From Eledone cirrhosa (lineage: Eukaryota), in contig OZ024749.1 in the NCBI GenBank assembly GCA_964016885.1, positions 54,622,001-54,686,000 on the forward strand: a stretch of DNA of 64,000 nt, read 5' to 3'. The translations under genes were made by a program, and so were the position numbers. The notes beneath the pieces are model-generated. The model was not told the DNA's origin. It did no database searches and saw only the letters and a program-made list of their open reading frames with translations. This document shows positions 26,399 to 42,107 of this stretch, in pieces (the first letter of the stretch is position 1; the number at the start of each line of letters is the position of its first letter).

Positions 26399-26686
26399 GT
26401 TTCTTTATTGGTCACAAGGGTTGACACAAACTATAACATTAAGGACAATACAGGACGGTACAAATGGGCATTTCTGCGTATAAAAAACAAAAACAGAGGA
26501 TGTAACAAAAAAAGAAACAATGAAAGATTTCCCCAATAGGGAGGAGATCCGAGGGACATTCGTGGAGAAAGCCCATTAAAAAAAGCCACGGTGACCCTGA
26601 CCACCAGGGCCCTCTTCCAGTTTTCCACCTTCATTTTACAGGTGCATACCCGGACCATACTTGCCTCTCTCACCCATCTTTCAACA
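26365..26686 (-). mobile_element. 5'-truncated LINE 3' end (L1/Tx1-like) with (ATT)n tail
   Basis: Minus strand: residual frame [15 protein letters not shown]-richer 3' UTR, then cccttgtgaccAATAAAgaaacc(att)n; AAT repeats on both sides. Clade assignment is inference. Confidence 0.6.
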
Positions 26687-27156
26687 ATAATGATAATAAT
26701 AATAATAAAGATGTAACAGAGTTATCAACTTTCCCTGTTTCTCTTCCCCACCACCACCCCAGCCGCAACACAATCATCATTATTGTCATCAGCTTCAACA
26801 GTAAGATCATCAGCCTCATTATCATCATCATCATCATCATCAGCGTCAATATTATCATCACCACCACCATCATCACTACCATCATCACCACCACCATCAT
26901 CACCACCATCACCACCACCACCACCACCACCAACATCACTACCATCATTCACATCACCATCATGCACACCACCACCACCAACAGCAGCAGCAGCAGCAGC
27001 AGCACCACCACCACCACCACCACCACCACCACCACCACCACCACCATCATCATCATCATTAACAACCTCAACAATAACAACGTAATAACATCGTTTACCT
27101 GTAACGTCTATTTCATTCCAACATTATTGAACTGTCAAGATTACCTGTCCAATATA

Positions 27157-27275
<119 letters not shown>

Positions 27276-27329
27276 TCTATATATATACAGTTTGATTATG
27301 ATGTTTAGGCCGCCCAAATATATATACTG

Positions 27330-27361
<32 letters not shown>

Positions 27362-27434
27362 CATTGTTAGTATGATGTTTTCAACAGTCACACTAACATG
27401 TGTATAGAACATATATATATACACACAGACTCTA

Positions 27435-27503
<69 letters not shown>

Positions 27504-27613
27504 GGTGTATATATATATATATATATATATAGTTTGTTTATGATGTTCTCAACTGTCATTCTAACATGTGTATAGAACATATATAAATATATATATATAT
27601 ATACACACACAGA

Positions 27614-27655
<42 letters not shown>

Positions 27656-27944
27656 GGTGTATATATATATAGTTTGTCTATGACGTGCTCAACAGTCATT
27701 CTAACGTGTGTATAGAACAGATAGCAAGCCGCCCAAATTTCTGTCGAAAACTATTCATTATCAACAAATAATCTTTAAACGGGAATCAATAAATAAGATT
27801 GCTTGTCTTTATTCAACTTTTCGGCAACTCACGATATTATTGTTGCTGTTGTTGCGGTAGTAGTGGTTGTAGTTGTTGTAGTTCTCCTCTTCTTTCTCAT
27901 CACCATCACCATCATCATCATCATCATCATGTCTTGACAATGGT

Positions 27945-28083
27945 TGTTGGATTTTGACACAGAGTCGTTACCACGTCGGGACCAAATGTCTAGTAATATT
28001 TGATCTGTGTCTCTTTACTCCCTGGGTTCAACTCCTGCAGAGGTCACCTTTGACATTCATCCTTGTGGGGTCGATAAAATAAG
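27945..28083 (+). mobile_element. Diverged SINE A fragment
   Basis: gggttcaactcctgcagaggtcacctttgacattcatccttgtggggtcgataaaataa. Confidence 0.7.
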
Positions 28084-29611
28084 CTTCCCTTCCTTCCTAT
28101 TTTGTTCTTTATTTTTAATGCTTATTCTTCCTCATCTTGGCCTTCCATATCTTCATTTTTTCACTTTTTCTTCCATATCTTCATTTTAATATTCACTTAT
28201 TTCTGTCTATCTTTATCGTTTCTCAACTGTAAGAAGTATTAGATACTTCCTCTAGTCTATCATGGCTTACTAGTTCTATACAGACGTTTAAATTGATTAG
28301 ATAAGTAGACCTATAAATTGTAGTTGTTGCTGGTGTTAAAATGATATAACACTGTACAAAGATACTATGAAGTATTTAGTTATAACACATGGTTAAAGTT
28401 GTGTCCAGTTCAACATTCTCTTTCTGTATTCCCACGTCATTGATATAAATAAATGTCAGGATTTATGTAACAGATTTTACGCTTCTCTCAAAAGTTATGG
28501 ACTTGTGTTCGTATGGGTCATTATTAGAGAGAGTATGATGTAGTCACAGACAGTAGAGAGAGACAGAGAAGAGAGAGTGAGGAGGAGAAAAAAGGCGAGA
28601 GTGAGGGAGAACAGGGGAGAGATGGGTTTTCTATCTTGATAGATTACAACGGCCCCTTATCTTCTTCGTCAAGAACTTCTCTCATGATTGATTGGGGCCA
28701 AACCTGGAGAAACTACAATGATTTAAGAGGGATCAGTACTAGGAATTGATGTGCGCTAATGAAGAGATGTATCGTCTCTAGACCCACACCTTGGTGATGT
28801 CAACTTTGTTAGAACATCAAAATGTCATTCTTCTGTAGTTGATGAAATGAAACACTATTATAGTATTGGAGATGCTTTACTCAGTTATATCATCAAATTT
28901 GGGGCCTTATGTCTAGAGGCAAGAAACTCTCAGGAGAGCTGGACAGTAGAAGGTCTTCAGAGAAGAACCCCCTCCCACAAGCATGTGTTTCGCGGTTTAA
29001 CTTCTGAAACACTCCTGAAGAAATTAAAACTTCTAATATAGTCTAACAGCAATGACTTGGTGTATGATTTCTGTGTGTATTTGGTTTATTTAATTCATAA
29101 TTGTAAGAAACAATCAAGGGAGCTGGGCAGAAGGTCTTCAGAGAAGAACCTTCCCCCCTTAAGCAGATGTTTCAGTCCTTAACTTTGAAACAGGTGAGGC
29201 CCTATGTCTATGTTAATCCACTAAACAACAATGTAGCGATAGAAGAAAAAAACTACTGTGAAATCTCACAGAATTTAATTCATTTCCTATAATTTTGTGA
29301 CTTCGAAATGATTCTCTCATTCCTATCAGATCGATAAAACAACGATCATTCAGAAACTGGATTTCATTCAATCGATCATAACGGAACCCTACAAATGCGC
29401 TGTTTTATACATACTAATGTAAAAAAGAAAAATCAATATTTTATGAATTAAATACTTCGACAACGTCACCAATATAATCGATAAATAAGTTAGTGATAAC
29501 ATATTTAACATATGTTAACTCTAACTTATATATTGATTGATTTTCATGTGAATGGCTTCTCTGAATTATTTAATCGCCAAACATTTCGATTTCCCAACGC
29601 CAACGAATATA

Positions 29612-29807
29612 TGAAGGTCGGCTGAAATGTTCATAGACTGACCAAGATACTCTCATGGAATGACCAAATGAGGTTTATTTTTCAACATAGTCCCTGGAAA
29701 GAAACAATGCAGTTATTAATAAGAAAAGCTAAAATTAAAGCATTGCAAGATTTCATAGCTCTAGCATCGCTCCTTCATAGTCAGCTTATGAACTGTTCAG
29801 CCGTTCA
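29612..29807. mobile_element. Mariner-type MITE, same family as 3671
   Basis: TA-tgaaggtcggctgaaatgttcatagactgac ... gtcagcttatgaactgttcagccgttca-TA. Confidence 0.8.
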
Positions 29808-29965
29808 TACAGCAATACCATTCCGCCACTGAAGGTTTAAATGATATATAGAATTGGTAGATTCAGTAATGACAGACTAAACTAATTGATATCACAAGAT
29901 GTCCATTCCTGTTGGACGGCTGACCAGGAAGAATGGCGTTATGTTAGTTCTTCGTCAGAACTATG

Positions 29966-30050
<85 letters not shown>

Positions 30051-30113
30051 GCCCACATATATTATATAAATATGATACATATATGTATATTATATATATA
30101 TTACACACACACA

Positions 30114-30200
<87 letters not shown>

Positions 30201-30540
30201 CATATATATACATATATATATATATATATGTATATTATATATGTATAATACATATATTTATATCATATATATATATATTTTATGTTAGTTCTTTGTCATA
30301 ATTATGCAAATATTTGGCAGTATGTATGTGTAAATGTGTGTGTGTGTCTGTTTGTGCGTATGTGTGTGTTTGTATGTGTGTGTGTGTGTGTGTGTGTGTT
30401 GTAGCATAGAGAGAGAGAGAGAGAGAATGTAAAAAAAACGATGTAGATAGATGGATAGATATAGAAATACATACTACACTACAGCTATAACTACTGCTGT
30501 TACAGCTACTACTACCACTACCACTACCACTACTACTACC

Positions 30541-30593
<53 letters not shown>

Positions 30594-30595
30594 CA

Positions 30596-30647
<52 letters not shown>

Positions 30648-30766
30648 CACTACTACTACTACTACTACCACCACCACCACCACCACCACCACTACCACTA
30701 CCACCACCACCACCACCACCACCACTACCACTACCACTACTACTAATACTACTACTACTACCACCG

Positions 30767-30838
<72 letters not shown>

Positions 30839-31261
30839 TCAGTGAATATGTATGGACATATTCCCATAAGAAACCTTGTATGACATGAAATAATATAGAC
30901 ATCTATATATACCTACACATGGTGTCTACATGGATGTATATTGATACGCGGATGGAGACATGTGTATATATGTATATATACACATACATACACGCACACA
31001 GATATACATATATATATAAGTCTATATATATGTATATATACATATAAATTTACATAAATATATGTATATATGCATGTGTATATATGTATATATATAATAT
31101 CCATATATTATATTAATAAGTGTGTACGTATGTATGTATTTCTGCATCCATCTATGTATGTATGTAAGTATTTACACACTGCCATTTTATGCATATGGGT
31201 ATTTCTATACATATGTATGTAAGTATATAGAATAAACACATGCAGATGTATGTATATAATG

Positions 31262-31311
<50 letters not shown>

Positions 31312-31726
31312 TAACTGGCGCTCATATATGCATGCTCACAGATGTACATATACATGTACGGATACACACACACACTCAGACACACACACATGTACATATA
31401 TTCATGGAGATACACACACACACATGCACATATAATGATGCACACACATTTACATGTGGTACCGAAATTGGTGATTAATCCTCATGTCAACCATAGCAAA
31501 ACGTATAAAAAGAACCCAGACACCTTGTCTCCAAAGCTGACTTTCACAGTGACTGTACAGTCGGTGACAACGGTGGTGGTAATTTGGAGCGCGACAGTTA
31601 CTGTGTGGTGGGGGTCGTGGTGGGAGGAGGGTTTATCATTCAGTTAGAGATATAGCTGGCGTGAGTGAAGGATAGATAGAGAAAATACCATGGAAGAGAG
31701 CCGTAGAACGACCAAGAGAATGAGGA

Positions 31727-31764
<38 letters not shown>

Positions 31765-31953
31765 TATATATATAATTGGATATTTAGTAAAATCGAATCT
31801 CTGGCGGTATATATGCATACATATATATATACCTTACGTTCTCCTGGTTGCTTTTCGATCTCTCACTCTCTCTATATGTATATGTATATTTAGATAGATA
31901 GAGAAAATACCATCGAAGATAGCCGTTGGACGATCAAGAGAATGTATAGTGTG

Positions 31954-32022
<69 letters not shown>

Positions 32023-32026
<4 letters not shown>

Positions 32027-32048
32027 TGATTGTTTTTCGGTCTCTCTC

Positions 32049-32113
<65 letters not shown>

Positions 32114-32135
32114 TGATTGTTTTTCGGTCTCTCTC

Positions 32136-32188
<53 letters not shown>

Positions 32189-32210
32189 TGATTGTTTTTC
32201 GGTCTCTCTC

Positions 32211-32214
<4 letters not shown>
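32023..32214. repeat. Three identical 29-bp units separated by (TA)n of variable length
   Basis: ttctgattgtttttcggtctctctcttca x3. Confidence 0.9.
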
Positions 32215-32260
<46 letters not shown>

Positions 32261-32397
32261 TTGGTAGATACATAAATGAGTTGATGCACATCTTAATAGT
32301 TTGCTAGATAGGTTTTTAGCTAGATAGGTAGATTGTTAGGTAGAGAGTGAGAGAGAGAGAGTTCACAAGTCTTTTACACACAACTGCCTGTCTATCC

Positions 32398-32440
<43 letters not shown>

Positions 32441-32553
32441 AAGAGAATGCAGTAGTAGTATTGTAAAGAAATTTCCCTAAATTGTGATATCACTTAATCT
32501 GGGGAAAGATTTTGTATTATATAAAGATTTATTACACTAATTATGATTCCATT

Positions 32554-32615
32554 ATAGTACAAACGTTTCGCTAAATTCCTGCCTCGTTGAGTTCATACCC
32601 TCGATCGTCAGCTAT
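32554..32615 (-). ncRNA. Degenerate type I hammerhead-like motif
   Basis: Minus strand: atag | CTGACGA ... GAAA c-gttt-g TA | ctat, AATAAA ~20 nt downstream; the base of stem II is unpaired. Confidence 0.45.
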
Positions 32616-32728
32616 GTCCTGGAGATATAACTTAAACTATTCCATCACCTATATTCTTCAATATTTCATTTGTTGAAACATGCGTAAGACAAATAAAAAT
32701 GTCTAATTCCTCCTAAACTGTTGCATTT

Positions 32729-32777
<49 letters not shown>

Positions 32778-33017
32778 GCACTCAATTGTTCTTCTGGAGT
32801 ATAATATCTATAATATTAATATTACTGATATATATATATATATGCAGAGAGAGAAAGAGAAAGGGAGAGAGAGAGAGAAGGGGTAAATTATATTTGATAG
32901 GGAAAAGGAAAGGCGGTACAAATCCTACGTACTTTCCAAATATGGTGATATAAGGCTCACCCAACTGTGGCTGATGTAATCATTGATAAAAACATTCCCG
33001 ATATTATCAAATACCAT

Positions 33018-33051
<34 letters not shown>

Positions 33052-33096
33052 GTTGCTGTTTATACTACCACCATCACCCCCGACATACCCCCCTCA

Positions 33097-33372
33097 CCTT
33101 AAAATTGTTGGCCTTGTGCCTAAATAAGAAACCATTATTTTACACACAGAAGAAAATAGATTGGCCTTGTCGGCAGAGCGTCGGACAACATGCTTTGTAG
33201 CATATAGTTACGTCCCTTTACGTCTGGGTTTAAATCCCGCCGAGGTCAGCTTTGTCTTTCATCTTTACGGAGTCGAAAAATAAAGTACCAGTGACGCACT
33301 TGGGTCGATTTTCCATCGAATTTCCATTTCTTTTCAAATTGTTGGCTTTGTGCCAAATCTGACAACAATCAA
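33097..33372 (+). mobile_element. SINE A tail fragment plus near full-length SINE A
   Basis: Family motifs as above. Confidence 0.85.
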
Positions 33373-33551
33373 TATCAGCCCTTAAAACTTTGAACTATAT
33401 TGGAAGATCCCTTGCTACCACCAGTGGCACCACAACCGGGACCACAAATACCATTATAACCACCATCACAATCAATACAATCATATCTTTAAGACTTCAT
33501 TTCGATTATATCAACTACAGTCATCGTAACTGTCAGCAACACCACCACCAT

Positions 33552-33868
33552 CACCACCACTACCCCCACCATCACTTCTACCCCACACCACCACCACTAC
33601 CCCCACCATCACTTCTACCCCACACCACCACCACTACCCCCACCATCACTTCTACCCCACATCACCACCACTACCCCCACCATCACTTCTACCCCACACC
33701 ACCACCACTACCCCCACCATCACTTCTACCCCACACCACCACCACTACCCCCACCATCACTTCTACCCCACACCACCACCACTACCCCCACCATCACTTC
33801 TACCCCACACCACCACCACTACCCCCACCATCACTTCTACCCCACACCACCACCACTACCCCCACCAT
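33552..33868. repeat. 37-bp C-rich minisatellite, ~8.5 copies
   Basis: Unit caccaccactacccccaccatcacttctaccccacac. Confidence 0.92.
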
Positions 33869-34490
33869 CTCCATCACAATTGATATTAAATCCAATATCC
33901 AAAAGTACAACCACTACTACTACTACTTCTACCACTACCACCACTACTACCACTACCACCACCACCACCACCACTACCACCACCACTACTACCACCACTA
34001 CCACCACTACTACCACTACTACTATCACTACACTATAAGAAACACCGCTGCTCTAACCTCACTACTCACAGCAACACAACACTTCAAATCCAAGATCGAT
34101 CTAACATACCATACACTGCCACCTCTCCCCCCACCCCGCCATAAAGACATCACTAAAACCACTACCCTCATCACTGCCACCACTACTCCCCCCACCCAGA
34201 AAGACATCACTTCCACCACTAGACCCCCCTCCATAAAGACATCACTGCCACCACTACTCCGCCTCATCACTGCCACCACTAGACCACCCTCCATAAAGAC
34301 ATCACTGCCACCACTACTCCGCCCCATCACTGCCACCACTAGACCCCCCCCTCCATAAAGACATCACTGACACCGCCGCCATCAACAACCAATACCATCA
34401 TTACAACGACCCACTAACCACTCCCTACGTCACTACCAATAACCACAAGTGTAACACTATGAACAGAAATAAAAACCACGTTTCGCAACA

Positions 34491-34524
<34 letters not shown>

Positions 34525-35189
34525 TATCTCTCTATCTCTCTTTCTCTCTGTCTCTATCCCTCTCTGTCTCTATCTCTCTCTCTGTTCTCTGTCTCTCTCT
34601 CTCTCTCTCTGTTCTTTACTCCCTCTGTCTGTCCATTTCTCTCTCTCTCCCTCCCCCATATCTCTCTTCTCTCTTTTTCTCTGTCCTTCTGACTCACTCT
34701 CCTCCCCCTCTCTCTCTGTTCTTCTGTCATTGTCTCTCTAACTCAGTCCTTTTCTCATCCCCCCTCTTTCTCTCTATTCTTCTGTCTCTGTCTCTCTCAC
34801 TCTGTCCCTCTCTCCCTTACCTTTCTATTACTACATTCAATCCCACATTAGAACCATCACCACTAACACAGCTCCCTCAGCCCCTACCATTACTACTACC
34901 ACCACCACCACCACCACCACCAACACCATCCCCACCATAGTCACCACCACAATTACCACAACCGTCATCACCACCGCTACAACAGCAACAGCTAACACCC
35001 CCGCCACCGTCACTACTACCACCACCGCCACCACCACCACCACCACCACCTCCACCCTCTATCAGTCATACCCCACCCCACCACCACCACTACTTCTCTG
35101 TCTAACATAGATTACATGTTGTAAATCGAATAAGATAACTAAATTGAATCTGTCCGTGTTCTTATCGTTTGTTCAGCGTGGTGGGCCAT

Positions 35190-35872
<683 letters not shown>

Positions 35873-36041
35873 AATATGCATTACAATTATGCACACTCAT
35901 ACACTTACACTTGTGTGTATACATGGCAGCAATATATACACAAAATAGAAATATATACATTTTATCTGTGATAATCTTATATATATATATATATATATAT
36001 AGCTATTATTTTATATGCATTTGCATACGTGTGTAATATGA

Positions 36042-36086
<45 letters not shown>

Positions 36087-36325
36087 CACATATACTGTAC
36101 GTATGTAATGATCTTCACATACATACTTACGTACATACATATATACATATACACACAACCGTAACCATTCATATTTTTACATGTTGACTACACGATCTTC
36201 TATTTGGACTTTTATAGCCTTCTTTTTTTAAAGATGATATGGTGAGATTTGATGGTGATTAGGCTGCTATTTCTAACAAATTAATGCTGAAACGATGTAG
36301 ACACATTCCTTTTAGTTGGTACGTT

Positions 36326-36390
<65 letters not shown>

Positions 36391-36860
36391 AGTGTGTGTG
36401 TGTTTGTGTGCGTATGTGTGTGTGTGTGTGTGTTGAAGAGAAACAGATCTTGCCTCGAAAAAGATGGAGGATTAACAGTGCTGAAAATAACAGCCAATAT
36501 TTCAAGAAACGGTACAGAAATATTCCTAAAGGTGACAGTTTTATAGGACTTTGGGTTAGAAATCCTTATTATAAGGTTCAGTTATTCGTGTGTAGTCATA
36601 TGTGCTTTACTTTGGCCATGGCCTGGAGGAGACTCATTTCTCTATGATTCTATCCAGCTATCTGTAAGTTAGTATGACATCATAAAATACTGTCACTTCT
36701 ATAAAGGGTAGTATGCATCGCTGTCACAATTGATGAGTGTTTTATTGGTTAGTATAGCTTGCAGTTCTACATTTTCCTGTCTTAAGAACAATCGTCTTCA
36801 AGAAGCTAATTTGCTTGGAGAGACATTACATGAATAGGTTTTCACTGTTACGTGAAAAGG

Positions 36861-36934
36861 TATAAGACAGAGGTTTCAGCAGTATGGTTACAGATGTATT
36901 TATACAAATTACACTGGTTCTTCATCAGTTAGTA
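36861..36934 (-). ncRNA. Type I hammerhead-like motif, intact core, GUC cleavage triplet
   Basis: Minus strand: tactaa | CTGATGA | ag-aac-cagtgt...atactg-ct | GAAA c-ctct-g TC | ttata. Stem I is short (3 bp plus 2 across a bulge). Confidence 0.55.
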
Positions 36935-37182
36935 AAAACTAGAAAATATACTGAATTTCAGAATTTGGAAATATCATCATCATCGTCGTCATTATCATCA
37001 TCATCGTTTAATATGTCTTGTCTGATAATTCTGTGAGTACACAAGTGAAACTGCAGTCTTGCGTTCAATCGGGGGGTAACCACTGTTATTAAGGTACTCA
37101 ATACATTAGCAAAGTATAAAGAAGAATTTTAATATAGAAATGGCTTCTAGAGGATGAATGAAACAGTTCTAATCCGGTAGAA

Positions 37183-37297
<115 letters not shown>

Positions 37298-37351
37298 TAG
37301 AACATGAGGTTTTTTTTTACAAAATGAAAAAAAAATACGGGACGTCCTACA

Positions 37352-37730
37352 CGAAAAAAGATGAAGTCGAAAATGCAACTGGAATCTTTTTAAGAATATT
37401 TATTTGGTTCCTTTACCGGCTTCACATTTCTTGTGCTTTTTAAAAGTAGAATTGAGATGGAAGATTTTTGGTTTTATAGTATGAATTTTCTGTAGATATT
37501 CATAGTTGTCTCAGTGGCCTAGTGGTAGGTACTAGAGACGGTGGAGGTCCTGGTCTTGGGTTCAATCCTGGTCAAGAAGTACCTTTAATCTTTGTCAGTT
37601 TTTATTTTAAATCCTCATAGAAAAAAACTGAAAAGGTTTACCGGGATCGAACTTCAGACCAGGATCGAACTTCAGACCATGATCACCACCGTCTATGATC
37701 TCTCCAACTAGGACACCGAGAGAGCTACAA
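37352..37730. mobile_element. Composite element: palindrome-arm homolog with decayed hammerhead (37408-37449, minus strand) plus convergent tRNA-like pair
   Basis: 37352-37475 aligns with 684-815; tRNA-like A/B boxes at 37503-37574 (+) and 37639-37728 (-). Confidence 0.6.
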
Positions 37731-38084
37731 AGGTATAATGAAAATTGATAATTATAAACCTACTTTCAAAATCAAAGTTAAAAAGATGTGGTGTCATTCA
37801 TGGCTTTCCTAGAGCTATTAGTTATATTTAGAGTCAACTTGTCAATCTTCTGGCTCTTTGGTAACGACCTTATTATTCCTATGTGTGTTTAACTGTTGAA
37901 TTAATTTAATTTGATTATTTTAACAAACAAATAACACACACACACACATACACACACATATATATATTATATATATATATATATAAGCAGAAGGGATATT
38001 CAATTTGTTGGTAATTCAACAAATATAAATGTTTATAACTGATTCAGAGCACTCGACAGGTTTTTATATATATATATATAACAT

Positions 38085-38280
38085 TGGATTGGCAGTATCC
38101 AGTATCGGTAGAGGGTCGGACACCATGCTTTGACGGATAGAGTTACAGCCCTTGCCATTCTGAGTTCGAATCCCGACGAGGTTAACTTTGCCTTTCATCC
38201 TTACGGGGTCGATAAAATAAAGTACCAGTAACGCACTGGGGTAATTGCTGGCCTTGTGCCAAAGGTAGAAACAATTATTA
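38085..38280 (+). mobile_element. SINE family A, full length
   Basis: A box, B box gagttcgaatcc, central domain and tail all present. Confidence 0.92.
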
Positions 38281-38590
38281 GGAGAATCGATTCCAATCCA
38301 AGTCAGCACCTTATCTAAAATCATTTGACTTTTATGGCGGTTTATAACAAAATATTTTAGATTATGAAGGGGGAAAGGGGCTGGCATGTATCTTCAGTGT
38401 GATAGACGCTCTGGGAACAACAAAACAAAATTGGTAAATTGATAGAGATATATAGGTTAGGGCCCTCTAGCAGAACTGCATGAAAATGTTTCTTCCAAAT
38501 GTTTACGTACATGAAATCATTTTAATATAAAATCTTAGAAAATATAACAAATGTAAAAATTCTAGCAACAATAATTCATTTTTATTTTCG

Positions 38591-38701
<111 letters not shown>

Positions 38702-39050
38702 ATCGTCAATCATATTGTGTCTACCGGGATTTAGAAATCTATCCTATATATGTAAGTGTGGTTTAAATTGATATCTTTTTAAAATGACAATTGATGTGTT
38801 GACACAAATTTGAATTAATTTTTTTCTACGTCAAAGAATTTTCTGGAAGTTTGTAAAGAATCCAAGAGGAGTGGTAGGAGGGAGAAGGAGGAAATAGGTA
38901 GAAGAAAGAGATAAAGAAGGGAGAGATGAACGGGGAGGGGGAGGTAATAAGCAAACAAGAACAAGAGGATACCTAGAAAGAAAAGCTGTATTAATGAATA
39001 TTGATGGCATAAAGTTACCTATAGGATGTCACTCTATCTCTCTTTCTCGC

Positions 39051-39104
<54 letters not shown>

Positions 39105-39401
39105 CATACACATATATTTATATAATATATATATATATATACATTATATAGTAATAATAATAAATTTGAAGACTAAAATCCAAAGAGGGCTCGATAAGGA
39201 TAAATATATATCAAATATATAAGAACCGTAGAGCAAATAATAAATATATATACATTATATATATATGTGTGTGTGTACATATATATATTTGGATACAAAT
39301 AGAGAGAAAGTGAGAGTAAGTTTATTAAACTCAAGACTACATATAGACTAAACCCACTTTGAAACGAAATTGGTGTCACGTGCTGTGGCCCAATCTATGT
39401 T

Positions 39402-39443
<42 letters not shown>

Positions 39444-39498
39444 AGGGCGGTGCCCCAGCATGGCCTCAGCCGGATGGCTGGAACAGGTAAAAGAGTAT

Positions 39499-39530
<32 letters not shown>

Positions 39531-40983
39531 GGCACATGCATACGACACTCACGCACAAACCCTCCACACACCCTCCACAAACATACATACATATATACAT
39601 ATAGGGCTGGGATGTGATGTGGAACAAATTTATTAATGTTGTTACACCATTCAACATTTGCTGTTTCATTACTCCGGGTTTCACACAAAAGCGATACTCA
39701 GAGGACTGCTTATTATAGAAGATTATCCACAAAAGTTGCAAAAAAGAGAAAAAATATGTTATCATGTAAAAAAAACACCATTGAGAATATCTGTGTAAGA
39801 TGATGTCGCCCATGTGTCTGTTCCAGCTTCCAAGTATTCTTAGCTGCAACCAAACATCTGTATATGTCGTTTCTCATGAAATTAAATAAAGATATGAATG
39901 GTATTTTGTGTGACATTTTGTGAGTGTTTGTTGATAACTGAGGGATACGTGTGAGTTTTTACTGTATTGTTTTTTTTTTCTTTTTTGTGTGTTTGTGTTT
40001 TCTCTTAGATATGGTGCTGAAAAATTTGCAAAATGCATATCGATATGCACAGACTCACAACGTACACATCATCATCATCATCATAGTCCTCGTCTTCCTC
40101 CTCTACCCCCTCCCCCTCCTCCTCCTCCTATCCACCCTCGCCCCCTCCTCCTCCTCCTCCTCCTCATCGTCATCATCATTACTATAATCATCAACATCGT
40201 CGTCATCATCATCATCATTTTCATTATCATAGTCATCATCATCATCATCACCATAGTCCTCCTCCTCCGCCGCCTCCTCATCATCATTACTATAATCGTC
40301 ATTATCATCATCATCATCATCACCACCATAGTCATCATCATCATCATAGCTATGATCATCGTCATCATCATCATCATCATAGTCATCATCATCATCACCC
40401 TCATCATAGCCATGATGATGATGATGATCATCATCATCATAGTCATCACGACCCTCAGCCTTATCATGATCAACGTCATCATCATCCAAAATGCCACGGG
40501 TTCGGAGACTTGCCATGTTCCATGTCGTATTTGGTTTCACTAAGAATAAATGCTGACATTGCTGGGATTTGAACTCGAGTGGGTAAAGAACATTGTCCTG
40601 TACTTTATCCAGTCTACCAATCGGTTCTACTCTCCGTTGCTTTAGTCACTACCAGAAATGACTCATAGCTAATAAATCTCTAATATGAACTAATGTGAGG
40701 GATTTGGAGATTTCCCACATTGACAATCCTAATAATATTTATCAGCAAATTCAAAATTTTTTAACAAAAATAAACAACAACAGTAAAAACAAATGTGGAA
40801 TATTCTCGCCGAATTTCATTATATTTTCAAAATATGCAAAAAAAAAAAAAAAAAAATAATATATTTTTTCTACATATCTAAACTATTCTCTCTATAATCT
40901 ATTGATCTGTCTCTGATCACGATCGGCATACAATATGAATTACCATATTCTATAGCTATCAATTATTAACTTGCTCCTACTAA

Positions 40984-41781
<798 letters not shown>

Positions 41782-41851
41782 ATGGTGTGTGACACGGTGT
41801 TACAATGCCATGGATGCATAAAACACTTCGTAGTATTATGATTTCGTAAAA

Positions 41852-41939
<88 letters not shown>

Positions 41940-42107
41940 ACCGTATCTCGTGCAGCTTTAAGGAACTATCAGTGATAGATTGCTCTCTTGGTATATTAAC
42001 ACACATTATGATACAATGTGAACATACACGATCCATGTAACATTTATAGGCACACACATAAACAGATATCTGTCGACAAATGTACAAGTATGAGCTCATG
42101 TAGGTAC

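Noticed and set aside
37503-37574. Functional tRNA gene
   Set aside because: A and B boxes are present but I cannot build a clean cloverleaf; treated as tRNA-derived repeat.
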